A stretch of DNA of 64,000 nucleotides from Dehalococcoidia bacterium (GTDB lineage Bacteria; Chloroflexota; Dehalococcoidia; GIF9; UBA5629): contig JBEKIW010000003.1 of NCBI GenBank assembly GCA_050011565.1, positions 128,001 through 192,000 on the forward strand, read 5' to 3'. This document shows positions 9,245 to 17,995 of the stretch, piece by piece; position 1 is the first letter of the stretch; every line of letters starts with the position of its first letter. A model generated the notes under the pieces. The model saw nothing but the letters and a program-made list of their open reading frames with translations, was not told the DNA's origin and made no database searches. The position numbers and the translations under genes were made by a program.

Positions 9245-9466
9245 ATGGAAGAGTCTGTAGGTAAGGTTGTCACGTTAATCGGATCCAGTCGCGAGTCCTT
9301 CGAAAAGGCTATTGCAAATGCTGTAGCGGCGGCAGCGAAGACATTGCATGAGATACACGTTGCCGATGTACGGAAGCTGTATGTGCACGTTGAGAATGGC
9401 AAGATTACCAGCTATCGGGCAAGGGTCAGGGTGGCCTTTCAATACGATCCAAAATATAAGAAGTAG
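9245..9466 (+). CDS. Dodecin family flavin-binding protein
   Basis: KVVTLIGSSRESFEKAIANAVAAAAKTL...VENGKITSYRARVRVAF; AGGAGG SD. Confidence 0.9.
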   Translation: MEESVGKVVTLIGSSRESFEKAIANAVAAAAKTLHEIHVADVRKLYVHVENGKITSYRARVRVAFQYDPKYKK

Positions 9467-9592
9467 TTATAATCCGGTAAGCTGCTAGACCCTCTATACG
9501 ACTAATAGTTTATGATGATTTCAGGTCAGGTGGCCTGCGAAGTAATTGCAGCCTGTTGCTACCTGAGAAGTTCTGTTTTTGTGACCGGCCAG

Positions 9593-10609
9593 CTAAATAT
9601 ACCTCCCCACCGCCTCGGCAATGAGCTTAAGCTCGGTCATCAACCGGGCAAAGTCCGACGGTGTCAGCGATTGGAGGCCATCCACCAGGGCTTCCTTGGG
9701 GTTGGGATGGGCTTCGATGAGGAGACCGTCGGCACCGGCGGCTATAGCCGCTTTAGCCAGCGCGGGCACCAGAGAATAATGTCCGGCGGCGTGGCTGGGG
9801 TCGACAACTAAAGGCAAGTGGCTGGATTTCTTTATCACGGGAATCGAGCCGATATCCAGAGAAAAACGAGTGCTGTCCTCGAAGGTCCTGATGCCCCTCT
9901 CACATAAAATAACCCGGTCATTGCCACCAGCCAATAAATAGTCGGCGGCGGTAAGCCATTCGGTAACCGTAGCCGATAAGCCCCGCTTAAGTAGAACAGG
10001 GCACCGGCTCTTACCGATTTCGGTCAGTAGCGCATAGTTCTGCATATTCCTGGCTCCGACCTGGAGTATGTCAGCATACTGCGATACCCTGTCGACATCA
10101 TGAGGTGCCACCACCTCAGTGATTACAGGCATGCCGAATTGCTGCTTGGTCTGCTGTAACATCTTTAGACCGGCCTCCTCCAGACCTTGAAAGGCAAAAG
10201 GTGAGGTGCGCGGTTTATAGGCGCCGCCTCGTAGAATGCAGGCTCCAGCCTCCTTAACCATCATGGCTGCCGCCATGAGCTGTTTCTCGCCTTCGACGGC
10301 ACAGGGGCCGGCCATGACCACAATGCGCTTGCCGCCGATTTGAACCCCGTTGACGGAAACTACGGTGTTCTCCGGTTTGAACTCGCGGGCACTGAGCTTG
10401 TACGGCTTCATAATCCTGGTCACGCTCTCCACACCGGGGAGAACGGCAAAGATGTCAATAGGCAGCTGGCCGGTATTGGGTCCCAGCAAAGCGACGACCA
10501 CCTTGTTGGTGCCCAGATTCAACTGGACGCCCAGCCCTAGCTCCTTGGCCCGCTGCACGACGTCGTCTACTTCTGCTTGAGGAGCGCCGGTTCTCATTTC
10601 AACTATCAT
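9593..10609 (-). CDS. aroF: DAHP synthase, type I-beta with N-terminal ferredoxin-like regulatory domain
   Basis: AGPCAVE, RGGAYKPRTSP, QVGARNMQN, LCERGIRTF, VDPSHAAG. Confidence 0.95.
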   Translation of the reverse strand: MIVEMRTGAPQAEVDDVVQRAKELGLGVQLNLGTNKVVVALLGPNTGQLPIDIFAVLPGVESVTRIMKPYKLSAREFKPENTVVSVNGVQIGGKRIVVMAGPCAVEGEKQLMAAAMMVKEAGACILRGGAYKPRTSPFAFQGLEEAGLKMLQQTKQQFGMPVITEVVAPHDVDRVSQYADILQVGARNMQNYALLTEIGKSRCPVLLKRGLSATVTEWLTAADYLLAGGNDRVILCERGIRTFEDSTRFSLDIGSIPVIKKSSHLPLVVDPSHAAGHYSLVPALAKAAIAAGADGLLIEAHPNPKEALVDGLQSLTPSDFARLMTELKLIAEAVGRYI

Positions 10610-10634
10610 GATTGTAACTCCTTAATTTTTTTCA

Positions 10635-10670
10635 CCCTCACCCTGACCCTCTCCCCTCAAGGGAGAGGGA
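10635..10670. repeat. REP-like palindrome CCCTCACCCTGACCCTCTCCC-CTCAA-GGGAGAGGG
   Basis: CCCTCTCCC/GGGAGAGGG stem located inside the aroF 5' UTR. Confidence 0.7.
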
Positions 10671-10676
10671 ACATTT

Positions 10677-10709
10677 AAAAACAGAAAGCCTCCCGCGGGG
10701 CGGGAGGCT
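10677..10709 (-). terminator. Attenuator terminator upstream of aroF
   Basis: Minus strand AGCCTCCCGC-CCC-GCGGGAGGCT-TTCTGTTTTT. Confidence 0.85.
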
Positions 10710-10740
10710 CTTTTTGCCTTAGATATTTTGCTGCTGTTTT

Positions 10741-10830
10741 TTAGGTCGATGCCATCCCAGACCCGCGCCGAGGCGTGCTAAACCAAAAGCCAAAGAAAAA
10801 CCAGCTATAGCTGCGAGTCAGGTTATGCAT
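10741..10830 (-). CDS. Aromatic-rich leader peptide MHNLTRSYSWFFFGFWFSTPRRGSGMAST
   Basis: 29 codons; 8 aromatic residues (Y, 2 W, 5 F) in a 10-codon stretch; lies between a promoter and a terminator upstream of aroF. Confidence 0.88.
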   Translation of the reverse strand: MHNLTRSYSWFFFGFWFSTPRRGSGMAST

Positions 10831-10849
10831 TTCGACCATGGTGTTTAGA

Positions 10850-10879
10850 ATGATAGCAATAAATGTTGAACGTTGTCAA
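10850..10879 (-). promoter_or_regulatory. Sigma70-type promoter of the aroF leader
   Basis: TTGACA-18 nt-TATCAT with TG extension. Confidence 0.75.
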
Positions 10880-10928
10880 CCAGATCAGGGTCCGTCTAAT
10901 ATGGATAAAAGTTTAAATCCTAAATTAG

Positions 10929-11088
10929 AAAATCCCTCTCAATCTCCCTTTACGAAAGGGAGAGGTTAGTTGCTAGCTTTGCGAAAGGGAGAAGCTGGTT
11001 TTTGCCCGTTGCTACTCTCCCCCTTAGAAAAAGGGGGATTAAGGGGGATTTAAAATCACTCTCAGTCTCTCCTTACGAAAGGGAGAGG
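10929..11088. repeat. Cluster of REP-like palindromes (AAATCCCTCTCAATCTCCCTTT-acg-AAAGGGAGA family) in both orientations
   Basis: About four related units; same family as 15254-15328. Confidence 0.75.
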
Positions 11089-11119
11089 TCCCATCAATCC
11101 AGGAGGAAAAGGAGCAATA

Positions 11120-11575
11120 CTAGACCAGGGGAATTGTGGTGCCGGTGGCTTTGGCGATGAGCTTGCCGTCCTGGTTGGTCACCATCATCTCGGAGATGCA
11201 GACCCGCCTGCCGGCCCTGACCACACGGCATTCGGCGATAAGCTCGTCTTTCACATCGGCGCTGGCGACAAAATGGATGTTGAACTGCGAGGCTACGTTA
11301 GGAGTGATTACGGAGTTGGTGCCGTAGGCGAAAGCCTGGTCAGCCACAGCCATGATAATGCCGCCGAAGACCAGGTTATTGAAGTTAAGGTATTCGGGCT
11401 TAAGCTTCGCCGATACTCTGGCATAGCCCTCGGATAACTCCAGCAACTTTATGTCTAAAAATTTGGCGATAGGCTCACTACCGGCTTTTGCCTTCAAGGC
11501 TGCTACATTGTCAGAGGCATTGGCGCCCACAGCGGCATTTGCTCCGGGTTTTTGTTTATCAGTTTTCTTATCCAT
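11120..11575 (-). CDS. PaaI family hotdog thioesterase
   Basis: FLDIKLLELSEGYARV...LNFNNLVFGGIIMAVADQAFAY; the usual HGG appears as FGG. Confidence 0.85.
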   Translation of the reverse strand: MDKKTDKQKPGANAAVGANASDNVAALKAKAGSEPIAKFLDIKLLELSEGYARVSAKLKPEYLNFNNLVFGGIIMAVADQAFAYGTNSVITPNVASQFNIHFVASADVKDELIAECRVVRAGRRVCISEMMVTNQDGKLIAKATGTTIPLV

Positions 11576-11581
11576 AATATA

Positions 11582-12769
11582 TTAACGCAAGCCAAATTTT
11601 TTGGCTGCTTTTTTGAAGCCGTCCAGAGAACCTTTTAAGGTCTTGTCATCAACGCAGTACGAAATGCGAAAATAGCCCGGTGTGCCGAAGCCCCGCCCCG
11701 GCACCACCAGCACATTCCACTGCCGCAGCTCGTTGACAAAGGCAACGTCATCCTCTACCGGCGACTTAGGAAACATGTAGAAAGCACCATGCGGCTTTAC
11801 CACCGAGTAGCCCAGGTCAACAAGATTGCCATAAAGAAAATCCCTCTTCTTTTGATAATCGGCTATAGAGACGGTGACATGCTGCAGGTTCTTCACCAGG
11901 TGCTGCATCAACGCCGGTGCATTGACAAATCCCAAAATCCGGGTGCAGAAAATAAAGCCGTTGACCAGCTCATCATGCTGGCTGCAATCCGGATGTATGG
12001 CGATATAACCAATGCGCTCACCAGGTAGCGCCAGGTCTTTGGAATGGGAATGAACAACTATGGTGTGGCGGTGGTGATGGAAAACAGGCGGGTATGGCAA
12101 CCCGTCAAATATGATTTTGCGATATGCCTCGTCGCTTATAAGATAAATCTGCTTGTCGTTTTGAGCCTCTTTTCGACGCAGCAGCTCGCCTAATTGCATC
12201 ACCAGGTCCCGGCTGTAGACCGCGCCGGTCGGGTTATTAGGAGAATTGATAATGACGGCTTTTGTCTTGGTCGAAATGGCGGCTTCAAGGGAATCCAGCT
12301 TCGGCACAAATTGCTCATTCGTGGGCAAGACCTTGATAACTCCACCGTGATTATCTATGTAGTTGCCGAATTCCATGAAGTAAGGAGCGAACACAATCAC
12401 CTCGTCTCCGGGATTCAGTATTGTCTTCAATACCACATTCAAGCCGCCGGCAGCGCCGCAGGTCATGACAATATCGTTGCCGCAGAATTTAATGCCGGTC
12501 TCGTGCGAGAGCTGTACGGCAACGGCGGCTCGTGTGTCTGCATAACCGGCATTCTCCATATATCTGTGCATACCCGGCACAGGTTTTTTCATCAGCTTCT
12601 TCAATTCCTGGTTAAACTCAGGCGGCGGCTCCATGACCGGATTCCCCAGGGACAGGTCGAAAACATCCTTCTCACCGTATCGCTTTTTGAGATTAGCCCC
12701 TTCCTCGAACATCCTCCGTATCCACGACCCCTCCATCATGCGTTTGCTGACATTATCTGACACCGGCAC
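11582..12769 (-). CDS. Class I/II PLP-dependent aminotransferase (aspartate/aromatic type)
   Basis: NSPNNPTG, SDEAY, SHSKDLALPGERIGY. Confidence 0.9.
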   Translation of the reverse strand: MPVSDNVSKRMMEGSWIRRMFEEGANLKKRYGEKDVFDLSLGNPVMEPPPEFNQELKKLMKKPVPGMHRYMENAGYADTRAAVAVQLSHETGIKFCGNDIVMTCGAAGGLNVVLKTILNPGDEVIVFAPYFMEFGNYIDNHGGVIKVLPTNEQFVPKLDSLEAAISTKTKAVIINSPNNPTGAVYSRDLVMQLGELLRRKEAQNDKQIYLISDEAYRKIIFDGLPYPPVFHHHRHTIVVHSHSKDLALPGERIGYIAIHPDCSQHDELVNGFIFCTRILGFVNAPALMQHLVKNLQHVTVSIADYQKKRDFLYGNLVDLGYSVVKPHGAFYMFPKSPVEDDVAFVNELRQWNVLVVPGRGFGTPGYFRISYCVDDKTLKGSLDGFKKAAKKFGLR

Positions 12770-13352
12770 GAGACATCTCCTCCCTGCCTTTATCGAAGGC
12801 GACCATGTTCATTTTTAGAATGTTGGGTGACAGCCGTTGAGAAATGCAGTCTTTCCAAACATCAATGCCAATGGGCAGAAACGAAGATAAACAGCCCAGC
12901 ATAATCATATTCAGCGTCCTGATATCGCCCAGTTCCTTAGCCTGGCGGGTGCCATCAACGAAGTAAAAACGCTCAGCCCACTGCCGCAATATGCCCTCTA
13001 TCTCCTTATCGCCCGGGTACCGCTGGGTCCCTAGGCTCACCGACAATGGCGGCGTCGACTGATTATTGACAATGGAGGCACCGCCCTCGTGTAAATAGTA
13101 GCTCCACCTGGCTGCCTCCAATTTCTCGAAAGCGACCAGTATATCGACCTCGCCTTCTTTGATTAAAGGCGACCACACCTTATCAGATATACGAACATGA
13201 CTGACGACGCTGCCGCCTCGCTGTGCCATACCCAACGTATCCGTTTTCTTGACATCATAACCGGCAGCCAGTGCCACCTCACCCAGTATATCGCTGGCCA
13301 GAACTATACCCTGCCCGCCTACGCCCACCATAAGCAAGTCCTGCTTTTTCAC
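12753..13352 (-). CDS. iorB: Indolepyruvate:ferredoxin oxidoreductase beta subunit
   Basis: VGVGGQG, GMAQRGGSVVSHVR; likely GTG start at 13352 overlapping the iorA stop. Confidence 0.92.
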   Translation of the reverse strand: MKKQDLLMVGVGGQGIVLASDILGEVALAAGYDVKKTDTLGMAQRGGSVVSHVRISDKVWSPLIKEGEVDILVAFEKLEAARWSYYLHEGGASIVNNQSTPPLSVSLGTQRYPGDKEIEGILRQWAERFYFVDGTRQAKELGDIRTLNMIMLGCLSSFLPIGIDVWKDCISQRLSPNILKMNMVAFDKGREEMSRAGVR

Positions 13353-15166
13353 TTCGACTCTCCGACAGCAGTCAATGGGCCTATTGCCTTTTTGGGGCAG
13401 AGCTGCTCGCAGATGGTACAGGCAGCACCAGCACACAGCGCGGCATCGATGTAAATCTGCTCATCCAGATTTTGTATTGCCGGACAGCCGATTCTCAGGC
13501 ACGTCTCGCAGTCGTCGCATTTTTCTATATCAACAGCTCTTTGGCCGGAGCGCTTTCGCAGCCGTACCGAGCAAGCTCCGCGGACTATTATGACAGACAG
13601 CTCAGGGTTATCCAGCGAACTTCTCACCGCCGCTCTAAGAGCTTTCATATCAAAGGCGTCAACTACCTTGACGTCGTTAACTCCGACGCCTTTAACCAGC
13701 CGCTCCAGCTCAACCATCCGGGTCTTTTTGCCCTTGGCTGAAACTCCCGTTCCGGGATGGTCCTGGTGTCCGGTCATAGCCGTAGTGCCGTTATCCAGTA
13801 TGATAATCGTCACTCCCGATTTGTTGTAGACGGCATCGACCACGCCGGTAATACCGGAATGGAGGAACGTGGAGTCGCCGATAACAGCCACCACCTTGCC
13901 CTCAACGCCGGCCTTCTCCATTCCCAGAGCCTGACCGATGCCCGCACCCATACAGGCGGTAGTATCCATAGCGCGCAGCGGCGGATAGGTAGCCAGCGTA
14001 TAGCAGCCGATATCGCCGGTGATAATCAACTTCCCTTGCTCTTCCGACTTGCCTCTGGCATCCAGCAGCTTGGACCTCTGGCCTATGGTGTTAAGCACAA
14101 AGAATATGCCGGCATGCGGACAACCGCCGCACAGGACGGGGGGCCGTCCCGGTAATCCCTGCGGCAGCGGCACCTGCCTGCGTGAAGGCTTGGCTAATAG
14201 TCCAGCACGGTAACCGGCTGCCTCGACAATGCCCGGATTCAACTCACCGATTCTGGGGATGAACTCCTTTCCCGTCACCTTTATACCCATGGCCAGTATA
14301 TTTTCCTCCAGGAATGGGTCGAGCTCTTCAATAACGATTAGCCTGTCCACCTGTGCGGCGAACTCTTGGAGTAACTTCCGCGGCAGCGGATAGGTCATGC
14401 CCAGCTTAAGAAAAGAAGCCCTGGGAAATGCCTCTCTGGCGTACTGGTAGGCAACGCCGCTGCTGACCACACCGAGGTGGCATTCTCCCTTGATTATCTG
14501 GTTGCCGGGAAAGGTATCGGCATAGGCAGTAAGCTTGACCAGGCGCTGCTCGACGACCGGCCTCCGGAGACGGACATGAACTGGCAGCATGACATATTTC
14601 TCTACATCGTGCTTGAAGCTGGCTGGATTTGCCGGCGCCACCCGGCTCCGGTTCGTCTCCACCACGGACTTGGAATGAGAAATGCGGGTGCTGGAGCGCA
14701 CCAGCACCGGCGTATCGAACCGCTCACTGAGTTCAAAGGCAACAGCCATCAATTCATAGGCTTCCTGGCTGTCGCTGGGCTCAAGCATGGGCACCTTAGC
14801 CAGTTTGGCATAGTGGCGCGTGTCCTGCTCGTTCTGGGTGCTGAAGACACCAGGGTCATCGGCTACAATCACCACCAGTCCACCATTAATGCCGGTTATA
14901 GATGCCGCCATAAAAGGATCACTGGCTACATTCAGTCCCACCTGCTTCATGGATACCAGAGCTCGAACTCCAGCATAAGCGGCTCCCATGCCCAGCTCCA
15001 TAGCCACCTTCTCATTCGTCGACCACTCCGCGTAGACATCGTCAAAGCGGGCTATCGATTCAAGTATTTCGGTGCTGGGCGTACCGGGATAGGCTGCTGC
15101 CACCATAACGCCGGCATGATAGGCTCCGAGGGCAAAGGCTTCGTTTCCGGAGAGCAGTTTTTTCAT
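13349..15166 (-). CDS. iorA: Indolepyruvate:ferredoxin oxidoreductase alpha subunit
   Basis: LLSGNEA, YPGTPSTE, GDIGCY, GDSTFLHSG TPP motif, C-terminal 2x[4Fe-4S]. Confidence 0.95.
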   Translation of the reverse strand: MKKLLSGNEAFALGAYHAGVMVAAAYPGTPSTEILESIARFDDVYAEWSTNEKVAMELGMGAAYAGVRALVSMKQVGLNVASDPFMAASITGINGGLVVIVADDPGVFSTQNEQDTRHYAKLAKVPMLEPSDSQEAYELMAVAFELSERFDTPVLVRSSTRISHSKSVVETNRSRVAPANPASFKHDVEKYVMLPVHVRLRRPVVEQRLVKLTAYADTFPGNQIIKGECHLGVVSSGVAYQYAREAFPRASFLKLGMTYPLPRKLLQEFAAQVDRLIVIEELDPFLEENILAMGIKVTGKEFIPRIGELNPGIVEAAGYRAGLLAKPSRRQVPLPQGLPGRPPVLCGGCPHAGIFFVLNTIGQRSKLLDARGKSEEQGKLIITGDIGCYTLATYPPLRAMDTTACMGAGIGQALGMEKAGVEGKVVAVIGDSTFLHSGITGVVDAVYNKSGVTIIILDNGTTAMTGHQDHPGTGVSAKGKKTRMVELERLVKGVGVNDVKVVDAFDMKALRAAVRSSLDNPELSVIIVRGACSVRLRKRSGQRAVDIEKCDDCETCLRIGCPAIQNLDEQIYIDAALCAGAACTICEQLCPKKAIGPLTAVGESK

Positions 15167-15253
15167 CGTTTTACCGGCTCAATGTGGAAAGCAATAAACC
15201 AGGTTAGCATTATGCCACGTGAGGAACCTAAATGGCAACTGGGTGGTAGGAGG

Positions 15254-15328
15254 AAAATCCCCCTTAGTCCCCCTTTTCCAAAGGGGGAGAGTTTCTTCCT
15301 TTCCTAAAGGGAGATTGAGAGGGATTTT
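15254..15328. repeat. Inverted pair of REP-like palindromes
   Basis: AAATCCCCCTTAGTCCCCCTTTTCCAAAGGGGGAGA ... AAAGGGAGATTGAGAGGGATTT. Confidence 0.75.
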
Positions 15329-16415
15329 ATTTGACTAATCCCTTGGCTTTAAGAAGCTCGGCGATGAGTATGGCGCCACCCGCCGCGCCCCGAACCGTAT
15401 TATGGTGCAGACCGATAAAGCGGTAGTCGAAGACATTACATTTTCGCAGTCTGCCCACGGAGACCGTCATGCCTCTGCCGGCATTCCTGTCCTTCTGCGG
15501 CTGCGGCCGGTTGACCTCCGTACGGTATATCATCGGCGGGATAGGCGCCGAGGGCAGTTTCAATTCCTGCGGCAAAGCCGTGAAATTCTGCCAGATACTG
15601 ATAATCTGATCCATCTCCGGTTTTTTGCCGGCAAACTGGAGGCTGACGCAAGCCGTATGTCCATCGGTCACGGCAACCCTGTTGCAGTGCGCTGAAATCT
15701 TGATACTTTCATCGTCGACAAAACTGCCGTTCTTTATCTTGCCGAAAATCTTCTTCGGTTCCACCTCTGATTTCTCTTCCTCACCGGAGATATACGGGAC
15801 GATGTTGTCTACCAGGTCGATAGCAGCCGGCCCGGGATAGCCGGCGCCGGACAGCGCTTGAAGAGTGGTGACAATCATCTTATCTACCGCATAACCGGCT
15901 TTCATCAGCGCGTAGATAGGCAGCATATAGCTCTGAATACTGCAATTAGGTTTGACCACAATGAATCCCTGGCTCCAGCCGTGATTTTTCTGCTGGGCGG
16001 GAATAATATCGAGATGGTCGGCGTTGATTTCCGGTATAAGCACCGGCACGTCTTCCGTATGCCGGTGAGCGGAGTTGTTGGAGACTACGGCGAATCCCTT
16101 GGCGGCGTATTCTGATTCCATGGCGATAATTGCCTGTTTATCCATTTCAACCGCCGAGAAGATGATGCTGCACTTTCCCTTTGCTTTCCCGATATTGCTG
16201 GCATCTTCAACCACTACGTCTCTAACTTCCTCCGGAATGTCCTCCCTCATGTGCCAGCGTCCGGCAACGGCCTCGCTGTATTTCTTGCCGGCCGAATTTG
16301 CCGATGCTGCCAGATGCACCACCTCGAACCAGGGGTGATTGTTCAACAGTCTTATGAAGTTCTGGCCAACCATTCCGGTGGCACCAATGACACCTACCTT
16401 AATCTTTTTTTCCAT
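15327..16415 (-). CDS. asd: Aspartate-semialdehyde dehydrogenase (archaeal/fungal-like subtype)
   Basis: GATGMVGQ, KPNCS, SGAGYPG, HCNRV, HNTVRGAAG. Confidence 0.95.
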   Translation of the reverse strand: MEKKIKVGVIGATGMVGQNFIRLLNNHPWFEVVHLAASANSAGKKYSEAVAGRWHMREDIPEEVRDVVVEDASNIGKAKGKCSIIFSAVEMDKQAIIAMESEYAAKGFAVVSNNSAHRHTEDVPVLIPEINADHLDIIPAQQKNHGWSQGFIVVKPNCSIQSYMLPIYALMKAGYAVDKMIVTTLQALSGAGYPGPAAIDLVDNIVPYISGEEEKSEVEPKKIFGKIKNGSFVDDESIKISAHCNRVAVTDGHTACVSLQFAGKKPEMDQIISIWQNFTALPQELKLPSAPIPPMIYRTEVNRPQPQKDRNAGRGMTVSVGRLRKCNVFDYRFIGLHHNTVRGAAGGAILIAELLKAKGLVK

Positions 16416-16603
16416 GTCTGCTCCTCCGGATACAGTATTTAAGCTCCCGGTGAGAAATTATAGCAGTTTTCGAATGCCCATTGTCCAGTTTGCCTTCAAT
16501 CAGCCGCTCACACTATGATTTATTGTTCCATATCAATTATAGGTGCTACAATTCAACGAATGTCGGTTAATGCACAAGCTTGACGAACAGGAGTCAGTGA
16601 AAA

Positions 16604-17005
16604 ATGAAGACTAAAACAATCCACCAGACAGTGACGTTTAAAGCCACTCCACATGAAGTATACGAGACGCTTATGGACTCGAAAAAACACGCGGAGCTTG
16701 TCGGTGCTGAAGCGAAAATAAGCAAAAAAGTTGGCGCCAAATTCAGTATTTATGAGGGCGAAATCGAAGGTGTAAATCTCGAACTGGTGCCCGACCACAA
16801 GATCGTTCAGTCGTGGCGGTACAACGACTGGCCGGAAGGCCACTACTCAAAGGCTACTTTCTTGCTTGAAGAAAGCAAGGGCACCACGAAACTAACTTTT
16901 ACCCAGACCGAAGTCCCCGAGGAACGTTACGAAGATGTCTCGCAGGGGTGGCATGACTACTACTGGTCACCTATGAAAGAGATGCTGGAGAAACCAAAGA
17001 AATAG
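16604..17005 (+). CDS. SRPBCC/AHSA1-like protein
   Basis: VYETLMD...LELVPDHKIVQSWR...QGWHDYYW. Confidence 0.85.
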   Translation: MKTKTIHQTVTFKATPHEVYETLMDSKKHAELVGAEAKISKKVGAKFSIYEGEIEGVNLELVPDHKIVQSWRYNDWPEGHYSKATFLLEESKGTTKLTFTQTEVPEERYEDVSQGWHDYYWSPMKEMLEKPKK

Positions 17006-17045
17006 TCACTGCTGGCGCCAGCATGGGTCAAACACCCAATGAAGG

Positions 17046-17882
17046 TTAGGCGCCCATGGCAGCAACTACGATGGTACCTGGCCCGCCGTGTACGCCCAAT
17101 CCGGCGCCTATTCTGGTCATTAAAATGTGTTTCTCGTCGATGACAGACCCCAGCATTTTCTTGAGCTTTTCAGCCTCTTCGGGGACCGTGCTCTGGGCTA
17201 TGCCAACCTCCATCAGATTGGGATAATTCTTAACAAACTTGAATACCTGCTCTACACCCTTGGTGTACGAGCGAGCCATACCTGCCTGAATGAGTTCACC
17301 ATCGCGCATTTTAAGTATGGGCTTTACATTCAGCAGTGCGCCTACCAGCGCCCTGGTCCTGGTTATGCGCCCGCCCTTGAGTAGATATTGCAGCGTGTCA
17401 AGCAGTCCCCGGATTTGAGTCTTACCGATAGCTTTCTTCGTCTCCTCCAAAACCTCTGCCAGCTTACCGCCACTGTTAGCTACTCGAGCCGCTGCTAAAA
17501 CTATTAGCCCCAGACCTACTGATACCGACAAACTATCAAATACATGCACTTCGCACTTGGGCTTGGCTATCTCGAGCCCCTGCAGCGCTGCGTTATAGGT
17601 GCCGCTGACTTTAGTCGGTAGATGTATGGAAACAATAGCCTCAGCATCTTTGGCAAGAGCGGTATACGTCTCAGCAAAGTCAGCGGGCATCGGCTGCGTG
17701 GTGGTGGGATAAATCGGGCCTTCCACCAATTTCTTGTACAGCTCATCCGGCCCTATGTCTACTCCGTCTTTGTATGCCTTATCACCGAAATAGATGTACA
17801 CCGGGACAATGGTTATACCCAGTTTCTTAGCCAGCTCGAGCGGTATATCCGAGCCGCTGTCAGTGACAATCTTTACCGTCAA
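17046..17882 (-). CDS. DegV family fatty-acid-binding protein
   Basis: IVTDSGSD, SGTYNAA, YLLKGGRI, GVHGGPG. Confidence 0.92.
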   Translation of the reverse strand: MTVKIVTDSGSDIPLELAKKLGITIVPVYIYFGDKAYKDGVDIGPDELYKKLVEGPIYPTTTQPMPADFAETYTALAKDAEAIVSIHLPTKVSGTYNAALQGLEIAKPKCEVHVFDSLSVSVGLGLIVLAAARVANSGGKLAEVLEETKKAIGKTQIRGLLDTLQYLLKGGRITRTRALVGALLNVKPILKMRDGELIQAGMARSYTKGVEQVFKFVKNYPNLMEVGIAQSTVPEEAEKLKKMLGSVIDEKHILMTRIGAGLGVHGGPGTIVVAAMGA

Positions 17883-17995
17883 AACTCACCTCCGAATACT
17901 TCCGATAGTAAAAGTCACCGAATTCTACCTGCGGTTAAGGGGAAATGCAATACCTTGCTATGCTATGGCACGGTGGATGAATAGATAGAAACGCT

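Noticed and set aside
10929-11088. CRISPR array
   Set aside because: Units are degenerate, occur in both orientations with irregular spacing, and there are no cas genes; this fits REP-like elements.
13353-13436. Cys-rich N-terminal extension of IorB given in the ORF track
   Set aside because: It overlaps the iorA ferredoxin domain in another frame; the GTG at 13352 overlapping the iorA stop is the more plausible start.
15167-15250. A third attenuator upstream of iorA
   Set aside because: Only a plain TTGCCA/CATAAT promoter is visible, with no aromatic-rich sORF or terminator.
14477-15307. 276-aa plus-strand ORF
   Set aside because: It is antisense to iorA and has no recognisable motifs.
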